Assembly (NCBI RefSeq): GCF_009914755.1
Contig: NC_060935.1
Length of the DNA: 64,000 nucleotides
Source: the human T2T-CHM13v2.0 reference genome, Homo sapiens
Reading direction: 5' to 3' (one strand)
A program made the position numbers and the translations under genes. Under the pieces are notes generated by a model that made no database searches, was not told the origin of the DNA, and was given only the letters and a program-made list of their open reading frames with translations. Shown one piece after another: positions 31,575-43,693 of this stretch (positions within the stretch are counted from its first letter, which is position 1; every line of letters starts with the position of its first letter).

Positions 31575-31924
31575 CACCACAAAGAAATAGGTGGAAATGA
31601 GGCTGTTGTGGGAGGCGGGACAGGGGTGGGGTCAGCTGTCCTGTCCTGGGTTGGCTGCTCTTCCTCTACCAGCAGCTGGGGTCCTGGGCCCTCTTAGGAA
31701 TCCTAGGGGCTGGAGAAGCTGCTCCACCAACCACAGGGCTGTGCTCCAGGGAGATGAGACTGGCAAAGGAGGGGAGAGTAGGAAGCAGATGGGGAGGCTG
31801 GCTCAGGGCCCCATCCTGGGTGGGGGGGCTCCAGCACAAACACTGGGCCTAGAGCACTCAGCCCCCCTTGGCCACACTGCATGTCGGTGGGTGCTTCCTC
31901 AGGGTGCAAGACAGAGGCTCAGGA

Positions 31925-32250
31925 TTGGTTCAGCAAACATTTATTGGGCACGCGCCTGGGCTGGGAACTGAGCTCACAGATGGGGAGAGGAGCGAGACAT
32001 AAGCAGAAACCAGCACCGGGGCTCCGAGAGGGCAGTGCTCTGCGGCAGCACTGTGTGGGGGTGCCCAGGTGGGGACTTAGAAGCTTCAATAAGGCCTTCT
32101 GGAGGCAGCAAATGCTTGGACAGAGCTTGAAAGGGTTAGTAAGAGTGAGCCTGGCAAATAAGCTAGGAAGAGTATTGCAGCCCAAGGGAACAGCATGGGC
32201 AAAGCATAGAGGTGCCACAGGGCAGGCAGGGCAGGGGCAGGACTGAAGCT
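31925..32250 (-). mobile_element. L2 fragment
   Basis: TTCAGCAAACATTTATTGGGCAC..GGCCTTCTGGAGG..GGGAACAGCATGGGCAAAG. Confidence 0.55.
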
Positions 32251-32375
32251 GTTCAGGCTCATTCACGGGGAATGAGACAGAGGGAGGTGGGACCATGAGT
32301 GCTGCACTGGGGTCGCAGGATCTCTGCTGACTGCTGGACACCCCCGGCCCTCCCCTATCCCTGCAGGTCCTGGTG

Positions 32376-32485
32376 GCTGGCATTGAGGCGAACATACCTG
32401 TGACCTATGGAATTGGCAGCCAGAGGGGAGACGAGAGCACTGGCTGTCAATTCATAGGTCAGAGCCCTGTGCACTCGGTCTCGGC
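32376..32485 (-). ncRNA. MIR192: pre-miR-192 (5p mature 32442-32462, CUGACCUAUGAAUUGACAGCC)
   Basis: Match to the known hairpin and mature sequence. Confidence 0.99.
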
Positions 32486-32593
32486 AGCCCACCGACAGCC
32501 CTCCACTACCCGCCACCATCTGGCCTGGGAGCGTCGCCACGGTAGTCCTGGCTGGTCTGCTGGCCAGCACCTGCCTCTCCTTCTTCGTGGGTA

Positions 32594-32678
32594 CTGGCCC
32601 TCGCCCCAGATAACAGCAGCCCCACTGGAACCAGTGGGCACTTCCACATGGAGTTGCTGTTACAGGGGGCGGGAACCA
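32594..32678 (-). ncRNA. MIR194-2: pre-miR-194-2 (5p mature 32643-32664, UGUAACAGCAACUCCAUGUGGA)
   Basis: Match to the known hairpin and mature sequence. Confidence 0.99.
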
Positions 32679-32855
32679 ATTGGAGACCGGGGCCCTGCCT
32701 GGCGTCCGCCTTCGGCAGGGCTCTGGAGAGTGTCCCATGCCCACTCACCTGGGCTCCCCAGTCTTCGTGGCCCCAGGTCCATGGTCTTTTCACCGAGGCT
32801 TCTTATCATCCGGGGCCCACACCTGGCGCCCCGTGTGCTGCCAGCACTCCTTCCT

Positions 32856-32867
32856 GGGCAAAGTCCA
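32856..32867 (+). promoter_or_regulatory. HNF4A motif GGGCAAAGTCCA
   Basis: Contains the HNF4-specific core CAAAGTCCA, about 180 bp upstream of pre-miR-194-2. Confidence 0.5.
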
Positions 32868-33265
32868 GGCTCAACCCCAAATCGGCCTCATAAAGCCGGG
32901 AGCGGCTCGGATTTACAACTCCTGGGCAGCCTTTGCCCGCTCTGATGACCCCACGCCCTCTGTCCCCAAGTTATTTTGTTTCCTTGTTTCTTTCCCAACC
33001 AGAGCTGGGCCTCAGTTTCAGGTTTGGCCACTGTCACCTCTGCCCTTTGCCCACCCTCCCTGCTGCAGCCATGGGGCAGAGAGACAGCAAGGGACAGCTG
33101 GCACTTGTCAGTCCCCAGGGACCTCCCAGTGCCTGATTTCATGAGGATGGCCTCGTATGGGAAGCTGAAGATGAGACTAAGAAGAAGTGTAGGGGGCTGT
33201 GTGGGGGAGGGCACAGAAAGAGGGATAGTGAGGCAGAGGGGCTGAGAGAGGAAGAGAAGAGTAAG

Positions 33266-33556
33266 GCCGAGGATGGCGGTGCACACCTGGCATCCCAGCA
33301 CTTTGGGAGACCAAGGTGGGAGGATCTCTTGAGCCCAGGAGTGCAAGACCAGCCTGGGCAACACAGTGAGACCCCATCTCTACAAAAAATAAAAAATTAG
33401 CCTGGTGTGGTGATGCATGCCTGTGGTCCCAGCTACTCAAGAGGCTGAGGCGGGGGATCACTTGAGCCTGGGAGGTCGAGGCTCCAGTGAGCTGGGATTG
33501 TGCCACTGCACTCCAGCCTCAGTGACAAAGAAAGACCCTGTCTCAAATAAAAATAA
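33266..33556 (+). mobile_element. AluJ-like
   Basis: Alu consensus. Confidence 0.9.
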
Positions 33557-34742
33557 GAGGAGCAGGTAGAGAACTAGAAAGGAACAGAGAAAACAAACAG
33601 GGATAGTGGATGACGAGGTGTAGGAAGGGGGACGACAGGGAACTGGAAAAGATGTAGATACACAAACCTGCCGCAGAACATGAGGAACAGGCTGTGAGCA
33701 GTGGCTCGCCTGGAAGGACGCTTAGGACCTCAGTGGCCTGGAAGACAGCAGGGGCCTGGGAGCTGGGTGACCTTGAGCAAGTAGCGTAACCTCTCTGAAC
33801 CACTGTCCATATGTCAATCAGGACTTACGAGGCCACCCTGCACGCTGGGCTGGCCTGGTGGGAAGCATCCGCCCTGGGACCCTTGGGTCTCTCTCCGCTG
33901 TGGGGAGAGGAAGCAGCTGCTGGCCAGGGTCCCTGAGTGAGCCCAGGGCTCTGTGAGGCAGAGCTTCCTCTTGCAAAGCGTGTTCTCGTCCCTCCCAGAC
34001 AGGTTCCGGTGACAGGTGCCAGTCCTGCAGAGACCCAGCAGGCATTTTGGGAGACTCCAAAGCTTCTGGAGAGAAAGGGGAGCTTTTAGAGTAGACTTGG
34101 GCCCTGCCCCCTTTGCCAGTGGTGCATACAGGCCTAGAGAGACAGAGGGGGCCGCCCAAGGTCACAGAGCAGGGCCCCAGGGCCTGTGCTGCCCCAACAA
34201 CCTTCCCGAAGTGGCGTCCCCCCTTCTCAGGATGCAGTCAGGGTGGGATGGGGGATCCCTGGGCTGGAATCCTTCTGCCTGGGGGGACAGACCTGCGAAG
34301 GAAGACACCGTAGCTGGTGGCTGGCCCTCCACTCAGCCTGGCGGCCCTTCCCACAGAGGCCTGGGCGAGACCAGCCTCCTGCAGCGTGGTGTCCAAGTGC
34401 CCTGGCCTGGCAGAGACAGCGCCCGATCAGGAATCCTGGCTCCACAGCTCTGAGCGCTGATGCTAAGGCCCCCTTATCCCACAGTGGAAACCAAGGCACA
34501 GAGAGGAAGGGGCTCGTCCCGGCCACCCCATGGCTGTCCAGGTCCCTTTCTTCCTCAGGATTGGCCACCCTTCAGAGAGGTGCCTGGGTTCAGGAGCCTC
34601 CTAGGACAGGGAGGGCGGCAGGGGTCCTACCACTCAGGAAGCCTCTTACCTGAGTGCCGGGCTGGCCTTCGGGGCACAAGGAGGAAGTGGGGACACCCTG
34701 GGCCCAGGGCCTTTTGAGCCGTTGACCCAGCCCCTGGTGGTG

Positions 34743-34755
34743 GTTAATGATTATC
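34743..34755. promoter_or_regulatory. HNF1 site in the miR-194-2/192 promoter
   Basis: GTTAATGATTATC, one mismatch to GTTAATNATTAAC. Confidence 0.75.
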
Positions 34756-35797
34756 CCACCACCGTCAATACTGATCACAAGTGCGGTTCGAAGGGCAGGA
34801 AGCCCTGGACTGTGCCCGGGCAGGGTGGGGCGGGTCCAGGAAGCATCAGGCTGGGCCCCATCTGCCTCTCCGGGTGGCATCAGCACCGAGTCTCCACAGC
34901 CCTGTCTCCTCCAGGGCCTCGCCCTCCTGGTCTCTTACCAGCCTGCTGCCCCAGCTGTCCGTGGGCAGCCAGGACCCCAGGGTCCCTCGGGACAAAGCTT
35001 CTGCTCTGTTCCCAGTACCCAGATCTCCCCCACTCAGAAGGGGCCACAGAGCAGGGCTGGGGGACCTTTGCTAACCCCAGAGGCCTGCGGAACCTAGCAA
35101 GGTGAGGGTTCCCTGATTCCCAACCCGAGCCTTGGTTTCCCCATGGACCCACCCACCTCTGTGCAGCGCCACTGGGAAGCAGGGCAGGGAGGAGCGCGAT
35201 GGGAGCAGCTCACAAGAAACAAGATGTGTGGGGGGCAATGGGCGCTCCCTGGTCCTGTGTAAAGCTTTGTGCAGTGAGGGTTGGGATTCCGGCTGCAGCG
35301 CTGCTCCAGCACCCCTCCCCCCTCCAAGTGCTGGAGCTGGGACCCCAGATCAGAGTGGAAACCAAGGGGCCAAGGCCTGGGCCACCCCAAAAGCCCCCAC
35401 TAGGGATGGTGAGAGCAACATCTAGAATGCCTCAGGCTCAGCCTTCCCCGAGTGGCCTCAAGTGACAACCAGGCAGGGTCAGCTGGGCTCCAAGGACCAT
35501 CCCTCCCTCCCCTGGCAGCCCCACGTAGCTCCTGCCACATCAGGAGTGGGGCTGGAGTGGCAGCCTCCTGGGAGGGGCAAGGCAGAGCCCAGAGCCAGGG
35601 GAAGGCGTGCAGGGCTGGGTGCCTCTGGGTCCCCCTGTGCCCTGATCTGCTGGGCAAGGCCAGGAGGCATGGCGACCCCTGGTGGTGACATGGGAGGTGC
35701 TGGGTGCAGAGGTGGGATCTGGGGCGGGGCCAAGGTCAAGGCTGAGGCCAGGGTTCACAGGGACAGAGGATCTGAGAGGGGGGCTGGCGGTGGGCAG

Positions 35798-35803
35798 TTT
35801 ATT
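35798..35803 (-). terminator. ATG2A: ATG2A polyadenylation signal AATAAA
   Basis: TTTATT on + about 410 nt past the stop codon. Confidence 0.8.
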
Positions 35804-36211
35804 CCACTTCATGCAGACACTGACCCACGCACTCACGGAGCTTAAAAATAATACATCGAACCACACGGATATCATCCCCTCCTCCCCCCAGACACAGAAA
35901 GACACTTGGCTGAGTGGGATGGGGTCCGAGGGTCCAAAAGCCTCCGTCCTGGGAGAAGGCAGCAGTGTGGGCCCAGGTCGGGGGAGGGGCAGTGTCCTTT
36001 CTCCCCGGAGGAAAAGTGCAGAGCCAGGGCTAAGGCCCCAAGGCAGGGAGGCCCCCCTCTCACAGCAGATTGGCAACGGGCAGGCTGGGAAGGCGTCCTT
36101 CACAGTGGCCATCCCCTGAAGGGCCAGGCCGGGCCGGGCCCGTGGGCTGCAGCTCTTGGGAGGCTCAGGAGCATGGTGGGCAGCACCCTCTGGGTGCCGG
36201 GCACCCCAGGC

Positions 36212-36448
36212 TCAGTCTTGGGCACTGTCCGAGCGCCACTTGAGGGCGTGGTCCTTGTGGGCGTCGGGGACAATCTGGTTGCGCATGCCCCCGAGCAGGC
36301 TGGACGTGGCCTCCGTGGCCAGGATGAGCGGCTTCACCACAGTCGGGGGCAGCTGGCGGATCACGCCCCCCACGGCGCCCGTCAGCCCCTTCTGCTCATG
36401 GCCCCGCGATGCCACGTCACAGATGGTCTGAGCTGTATCCAAGATGCC
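36212..36448 (-). CDS. ATG2A: ATG2A exon 41 (GILDTAQ...KWRSDSAQD*)
   Basis: CACAG|GG acceptor; TGA at 36212. Confidence 0.96.
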   Translation of the reverse strand, partial: GILDTAQTICDVASRGHEQKGLTGAVGGVIRQLPPTVVKPLILATEATSSLLGGMRNQIVPDAHKDHALKWRSDSAQD

Positions 36449-36528
36449 CTGTGGAAGCCAGAGGTCAGGGCGGGGTCTGTGTGAGGAGATGGGCATGGGG
36501 GACTGGGGCAGGGCGGGGGCCTGGTCAC

Positions 36529-36681
36529 CTCTCGCACTGTGTCGTAGGCCTTGGCCACACCCTCCCGCAGGTCGGCAGGCTGCTGGCCCCTGCGCAGCCT
36601 CCGCGCAGAGCGCTTATCCTGCAGGGAGCGGGAGACGGGGGCTGCCGGGGACAGGATGTCATACACGGTCTCAGCTGTGGC
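36529..36681 (-). CDS. ATG2A: ATG2A exon 40 (ATAETVYD...YDTVRE)
   Basis: AG/GT bounded, 153 nt. Confidence 0.95.
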
Positions 36682-37700
36682 CTGGGGGACATGGGAGCAC
36701 TGGATGAGGACAGCTGGCTGGGGCACACGTCAGCCCCAGGCCCCCAGGACAGTCTGAGACCCCACCAGCCCTCAGCCTCCCTGCCTGTCACTGTGCTGGC
36801 CTAGGGGGTCCTGCTCAGCCTCACTCCCCACTTCCTCCCACTCTTCCTCCCCTTCCTAGGCACCTGCCACTCTGCTGAGGGAACCTAGGAACGTGGGACT
36901 CCTCAGGGGACTTTCCTAAAGTCTTCTCAACCCAAACCTCTCTTCCTGCTGACCACCACATTCAGCAGGTTCCACATGGCTGCCGCAGCTGCACGCCTGA
37001 GACTGACCGCTCCTTGCCTGGCCCCCCAGACGCCCCTGCCAGATGGTCAGAGGCCCATCCTTCCTTCTGTCTGCCAGATCCTCTGCCCAGCATCTCACCT
37101 GGCATCACTCTTTCCCACCTGACTGAACACTCCCGGGGGCTCCCTGGTGCCCATGCATCCCTCCCACCTCCCCTGGAGCCCTGCCCTCTGTCCTGTTGGG
37201 GTCTGAGCTTGCAGGTTCCAGAATGCACCATGCACCTGCACTCACCCCTTAGCCGCCTAGGACCATCGATCCCCTACAGAATTCATCTGACAACTGCCCA
37301 CGAGACTGGCTCCCCAGCTTCCCTGGGGTCCTTCTGGCCTAGCGAAGCGTATGGCCTGAATGAACCAGGGCAGCCTCTGCGCCTCAGATTCTTAGTCTGC
37401 AAACACAGCCGTCCTCCACCCCCCTTTACAAGACATGCCATGAGCAGGAGACACAGTGGGCTCTGAAGGCCTGGGGGGCACTCCCGCTCCTGCATGGGAG
37501 CCCCTGTGGGCCTCGGGAGACCTGGCTTGGAGGTCCCAGGCAAGTCACTTAGCCTCTCCGTGGCTGTTTCTCTATAAAGTAGGGCTGTCATACCCAGACT
37601 GCCCACTCTGAGGAGCTTTGAGGACAGAACCAGGGAGCTGTGGTGCAGAGGGCTCCAGCTGCTCTGTCCTGCACAGCCCAGATACAGGGCACCCACTCAC

Positions 37701-37855
37701 CTGGATAGCCTGTACCAACCGGTTGCTGAGTTCCAGGGCGGCAGAGGCTGTGGATGAGCCAAAGGAGGCAGCCCCTCGCTGCAGCCCCCGCATGAGGCGG
37801 CCATCCTTCCTGTACTGCTCAATGGGCAGCCACAGCAGGTCCCGGAACCCTTGGA
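37701..37855 (-). CDS. ATG2A: ATG2A exon 39 (FQGFRDLLWLP...VQAIQ)
   Basis: AG/GT bounded, 155 nt. Confidence 0.95.
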
Positions 37856-37986
37856 CTAGGGGGAAGGAGCGCTCAGAGACACCCGAGGCTGCCCTGCCCC
37901 CACCTCCTCCTCTTATTCCCAATGGCAGCTTCTAGGTTGCCCAAGGGTAAAAGCAGTTTCGAGGGCTTCCAAACCTAGACACTCAC

Positions 37987-38108
37987 AGAGCTGGACAACC
38001 GAGTGCATGGGGCCCACGCCTCCCAGCAGGCCGGGCAGCTGGTTCTTGCGGATGTCCTGCAGCCACTCGTTGAGGGCATAGCCCAGCACCTTGTCCACAC
38101 CCAGGAGC
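37987..38108 (-). CDS. ATG2A: ATG2A exon 38 (LLGVDKV...SVVQL)
   Basis: AG/GT bounded, 122 nt. Confidence 0.95.
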
Positions 38109-38261
38109 CTGGCAGGGCAGGGAGGTGAGGAGGCAGAAGGTGAGGCAGAGCCACACATGGAGGGATTGTGGGGTCAGGAGGACTCAGTACCCCTGTGGCA
38201 AGTACTGTGGGCACTCTACCCTCCCTGTGGTCCCACCCAGTCATGTGCAGAGGGACTGTGT

Positions 38262-38512
38262 CCTTTTTTTTTTTTTTTAGATGGAGTCTTGCTCCGTTGC
38301 CCAGGCTGGAGTGAAGTGGTGCGATCTTGGCTCACTGCAACCGCCTCCCAGGTTCAAGCAGTTCTCCTGCCTCAGCCTCCTGAGTAGCTGGGATTACATG
38401 TGTATGCCACCACGCCTGGCTAATTTTTGTATTTTTAGTAGAGACGGGGGGGTTTCACCATGTTGGTCAGGCTGGTCTCGAATGCCTGAATGTGTGAGCC
38501 ATCATGCCCAGC
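38262..38512 (-). mobile_element. Alu (internally deleted)
   Basis: Alu consensus, reverse. Confidence 0.88.
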
Positions 38513-38650
38513 CAACTGCGTCCTTTTTACAGAGGAGAAATTGAGGCCCTGAGAAGGGTGATGACTTGGCCAAGGCCACACAACCAGTCAGGACCAGAAC
38601 AGAAGGAAGATCAGGGACCCTGGAGAGAGGCTGGGGTGCTGGGGACTCAC

Positions 38651-38733
38651 CCGTGCCTGCAACAGAGCCGCTTTAGCTTCAGCTCGGAGCAGTTGAGTTG
38701 GGCCAGGCCGATGAGGAGGCCAGCAAAAGTGCC
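38651..38733 (-). CDS. ATG2A: ATG2A exon 37 (GTFAGLLIGLAQLNCSELKLKRLCCRH)
   Basis: AG/GT bounded, 83 nt. Confidence 0.95.
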
Positions 38734-38909
38734 CTGGGAGAGGGAGGGGGTCCAGGTTTACCCAATGGGACTCAGGGAGCTAGCTAGCCCATGGGAGCCA
38801 CTGGAGAGCGCCCTGGCTGCTAACAGTGCCTGGATGCAAGACCTGGCCCCCAGAGGGACTCAGCCACAGCTGACCCCACATGGCCACCCCATCCGACCGC
38901 CCCACTTAC

Positions 38910-38982
38910 CACCTGGTCCATCGTGACGTGCTTGCCATGGTAATCCAGCCAGATGGGGACCTCAGACGTGAAGCGGAACTCT
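38910..38982 (-). CDS. ATG2A: ATG2A exon 36 (EFRFTSEVPIWLDYHGKHVTMDQV)
   Basis: AG/GT bounded, 73 nt. Confidence 0.93.
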
Positions 38983-39077
38983 CTGGGTAGGGGAGCAGGA
39001 AGAGGGGGTTCTTTGCTCACTGGCCTGGCCCCCAGCAATCTGGCCCAGGGCCCCCCACCCGCAGTCCAGCAGCCTAC

Positions 39078-39213
39078 CTGAAGTAGATGGGCTGCTGGTC
39101 AGGAGGGGAGGGGCTGTGTCCACCTCCTGGGGCCTCCTGCGAACCAGTGGTCTCTACGCCTTCGGCCTGCCCTTCCAGGGGGCTGCTGGGCTGGGCTCGA
39201 GTCTCGGGGCGAG
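39078..39213 (-). CDS. ATG2A: ATG2A exon 35 (ARPETRAQ...QPIYFR)
   Basis: AG/GT bounded, 136 nt. Confidence 0.95.
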
Positions 39214-39324
39214 CTAGGGGAGGGGAGGTCACAGACTGGGGATGGGGCCAGGAATGACTGGGAACCTGTGCTGTCCTGGGAGGCAGAAGGCCCAGACGCT
39301 CCCCTCCCTGGCCCAGCCTCTCAC

Positions 39325-39409
39325 CCTCAGCGGAGGTCTCCCCTGGGACCACGGGGTTGATGCCGGCCACCAGACTAGTGAAGAAGTCCTTGAGGAAGAA
39401 GAGGGCATC
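39325..39409 (-). CDS. ATG2A: ATG2A exon 34 (DALFFLKDFF...TSAE)
   Basis: AG/GT bounded, 85 nt. Confidence 0.95.
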
Positions 39410-39499
39410 CTGCAAGGGAGAGGTCCAGATGTGGATCAGACTCAGAGGCCTGGAGACAGTGGGGTCACCCTAGGCTCTGCCCTCACGTAGACCACTCAC

Positions 39500-39601
39500 C
39501 TGGTCCACATTGAGCCGCAGGGGCATCAGCGAGACGCGGAGACAGCACTCAGGCCCACCCAGGTTGGTAGTGGGGGCCACATGCAGCGCTTTGATGGTGA
39601 G
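39500..39601 (-). CDS. ATG2A: ATG2A exon 33 (LTIKALHV...LRLNVDQ)
   Basis: AG/GT bounded, 102 nt. Confidence 0.95.
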
Positions 39602-39676
39602 CTGGGAGCAGAGGGTGAGTTCTGGACACCTGCTGGGCCTCTGGGGCAGCAGCTCACCCAGCTGTTCCCTGACAGC
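39602..39676 (-). ncRNA. MIR6750: pre-miR-6750, 5'-tailed mirtron at the 3' end of ATG2A intron 32
   Basis: 5p CAGGGAACAGCUGGGUGAGCUGCU (39648-39671); 3p GAACUCACCCUCUGCUCCCAG ends at the splice acceptor. Confidence 0.85.
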
Positions 39677-39874
39677 TCACCCAGCCACCCTGCCTCTGAA
39701 CACGCTGTTCCCTTCGCTAACACAGCCCCTAGCTCTGCCCTTCTCCCAGGCTCACAAACAACCTGGGTGTTTGTGTGGGAATGCGTGTATGTGTGTGAAT
39801 CCATGCATGCGTGAAGATGTATCCCCAACGGTCTGGTGCCCTGCCCCAGGGTGGATGGTGCAGGTCGCTCATAC

Positions 39875-40585
<711 letters not shown>

Positions 40586-40951
40586 TAGCCCCTCTCCGTG
40601 GAGAGCCTTCCTTCCCCCTCTTCCTGCACACCCGCTGGCTGGCCATCAGGTCTCAGAGAGGCCCCTGGCCCCCTGCTCTGACACTCATCTCCCGCAGGTT
40701 CTTGCAGCACAGCCCACCAACCCGAGCAGCCTGAGGCCCCTCTGCCCTTTGCCTCTAGCGGCTCCTTGGGAAGCCCAGCACTGGCCTGGCTCACTCTGAG
40801 CAAGTGGGACCCCCCTGCCCCAGGCAATTTCCCAGGCCCAAACCTTGAACCCTCTGTACCACTCTCTGTATCTCACACACCCCATCCGCAGCTGAACCTG
40901 TGGCCAGCCCCCATCTAGGCTCTCCTGAACCTGCTCACTAGCCCTCCCTGA

Positions 40952-41403
<452 letters not shown>

Positions 41404-41731
41404 CCAATTTGCGGCTTTCACGCTGTCCTCTCTGCCTGAAAACTCTTCCTGGCTCACATCCCCACTTGTTCAGGTCTTTGTTCAAATGGTGCCTTCAGAA
41501 GAGGACTTTCCAGACCCTCCCCAGCACACCTGTCTCCTCCACCCCTGCAGACTCTCCCCTGAGCGCTCTTCACCATCGGACACACTCGATACATCTTGGT
41601 CCCTGCCTGGCTTCCTCCACTACAAAGGCAGGGGTTTTCCTCTGCATTAGTCATTGCTACACGTGACATCGAGAACAAGGCCCGTTGTTCTATGACACAC
41701 ACGTGTAGTAGGCACTCGCCACCCCACTCAC

Positions 41732-41867
41732 CTTGCTCAGCTGGATCTCCATGAGGACATGGTGCTGCCGCCCGCTGCCCCCCTGCGTGCGCCATGAGTT
41801 CTGGGGCCGGTTGGGGCCAGAGCAGCGGGAAGGGGAGCTCCTGGGACCTGAGAGGCCAGTTCTTGCC
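41732..41867 (-). CDS. ATG2A: ATG2A exon 31 (ARTGLSGP...EIQLSK)
   Basis: AG/GT bounded, 136 nt. Confidence 0.95.
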
Positions 41868-42121
41868 CTGGGAAGAGGGACAGGGGCCAAGCTGACTCAG
41901 AGGAACCCCATTCCCTCCCCGTCCTCAGCGGGCCTTTTAGCCTGGGACAAGAGACCCCCGCTAGCCCCAGTCCTGGAAGGCAGGCGGGATAAGGAAGGAT
42001 GAGGAAACTGAGGCCCACCTGGGGTGGATGGGGCTCAAGGTCTCCAGCTGCTGAAAGTCAGACCTGGACCAGCCTGAGCCCCAACCTTCACCAGCTGCCA
42101 CCTGCACCCGCTCCTCCTCAC

Positions 42122-42330
42122 CTGTGGCCGGGGTGGGGGCCAAAGTCTCGGCCCCCATAGAGGTGCCAGACGAGGGAGACCTCACGTAGCACCACCCGAG
42201 TGCTGGGCACTGGGAAATGGGCAGGTGCCCGCAGCAAGTCCGTGCTGCCGATCGGCCGTGAGAAGTAACCGTCCCTCACAACGATGGGGCCGGGATGCAG
42301 CTGTGTCACCACAGGCTCCCCATCTCGGGG
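42122..42330 (-). CDS. ATG2A: ATG2A exon 30 (PRDGEP...GYFS...LYGGRDFG)
   Basis: AG/GT bounded, 209 nt; YFS motif 42259-42267. Confidence 0.95.
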
Positions 42331-42349
42331 CTGCAGGGAGGCCAGGTAG

Positions 42350-42724
<375 letters not shown>

Positions 42725-43199
42725 TCCTCCCTGTTTTTGATGAAAGATGACACTCCTGGGTTGCTATCACCCGAGTCTATGCCTGAGTGGTCTGTCCAAG
42801 AGGAGCCTGAGAATGCCAGGCTCCTGCCAGCCCTGCCTCCTAAGACCTGGGTGAGTTCAGACATTCCCACTGGCCCTTGCAGCCACATGGTTCTCCATCC
42901 CTCTTGCTAACTGCCCTCTCCTCTTCCTCCATCCCTTGAATTTCCCAGTCCCTCTGCCCAAAACACCAGGCCTCCTCTTCCTCTGGAAATCCCCCTACTC
43001 CATCAAAGCCCAGCATCAGGGCTGCCTCCCTAGGGTGGCACAGACCTAGCACCACCCCCGAGGTGATGGCAACCACCTCCTGCCTGCTTCTCTCACCACG
43101 GGAGCTCCAGATGGCCAGGCAACCACCCCTGAGTGTTCCGTCCCCGCTCCAAACACACCTGCCTGGACGGCAAACTGGTCCACCCCTCCCACCACGCAC

Positions 43200-43414
43200 C
43201 GGGATGCCCAGGCCGGGAGCATCAAGGATGCAGAACTCATCACTGTCCAGGGTGTCTCCATCGCCCTCCTCTTCCCTTTCATCTTCCTTCTCCTCTGAGC
43301 ATGACCCTAAGCTGCCAGCAGGGCCCCCGACAGGTGGTGAAGGGGGTGGGGCCCCACTCCGTTCACCTGGGAATAGGTAGACGGAGATGGGCGACGCCTG
43401 AGGGAGGTGGCCAC
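43200..43414 (-). CDS. ATG2A: ATG2A exon 29 (GHLPQASP...DSDEFCILDAPGLGIP)
   Basis: AG/GT bounded, 215 nt; LIR FCIL at 43224-43235 (residue 1362). Confidence 0.95.
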
Positions 43415-43497
43415 CTATAGGAGAGAGGCCAGTTTGGAGAGGCGCCCACAGTGGGTGCCTGACTGTGTCTGCTGTCCCCACAGCACCCCCACTTCAC

Positions 43498-43624
43498 CTG
43501 AAGGCTGGGCCAGCTCCCGTAGGCTGCGCTCGGTGTCCAGGAGGGCGTCGGCCAGGTCACGCTGGTTGATGAGGGCCGTCTCCACTGGGGGGCACGAGGG
43601 CAGAGAGGCAGGACTCTCCGAGAG
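43498..43624 (-). CDS. ATG2A: ATG2A exon 28 (LSESPASL...LAQPS)
   Basis: AG/GT bounded, 127 nt. Confidence 0.95.
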
Positions 43625-43693
43625 CTGGGCCAGGCAGGGGAGGAGCAATGAGTGAGACAGGACAGAGCTCCCCCAACCCCAGGCCCGAGGGCC
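43625..43693 (-). ncRNA. MIR6749: pre-miR-6749, 5'-tailed mirtron in ATG2A intron 27
   Basis: 5p UCGGGCCUGGGGUUGGGGGAGC (43667-43688); 3p CUCCUCCCCUGCCUGGCCCAG ends at the acceptor. Confidence 0.85.

Larger units (their letters stand above)
30800..34690 (-). ncRNA. MIR194-2HG: pri-miR-194-2/192 host transcript (approximate extent)
   Basis: HNF1 site at 34743; strong donor CAG|GTAAGA at 34650/34649; minus-strand AATAAA at 30818-30823; ends are inferred and partly recalled. Confidence 0.6.

Noticed and set aside
32373-32945. 190-aa ORF over the miRNA hairpins
   Set aside because: Antisense to the cluster, non-ATG start, no coding signature
35640-35680. Possible p53 response element (GGGCAAGGCC-AGG-AGGCATGGCG) upstream of the p53-responsive miR-192/194-2
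   Set aside because: Three mismatches plus a spacer; I found no convincing RRRCWWGYYY dimer by eye
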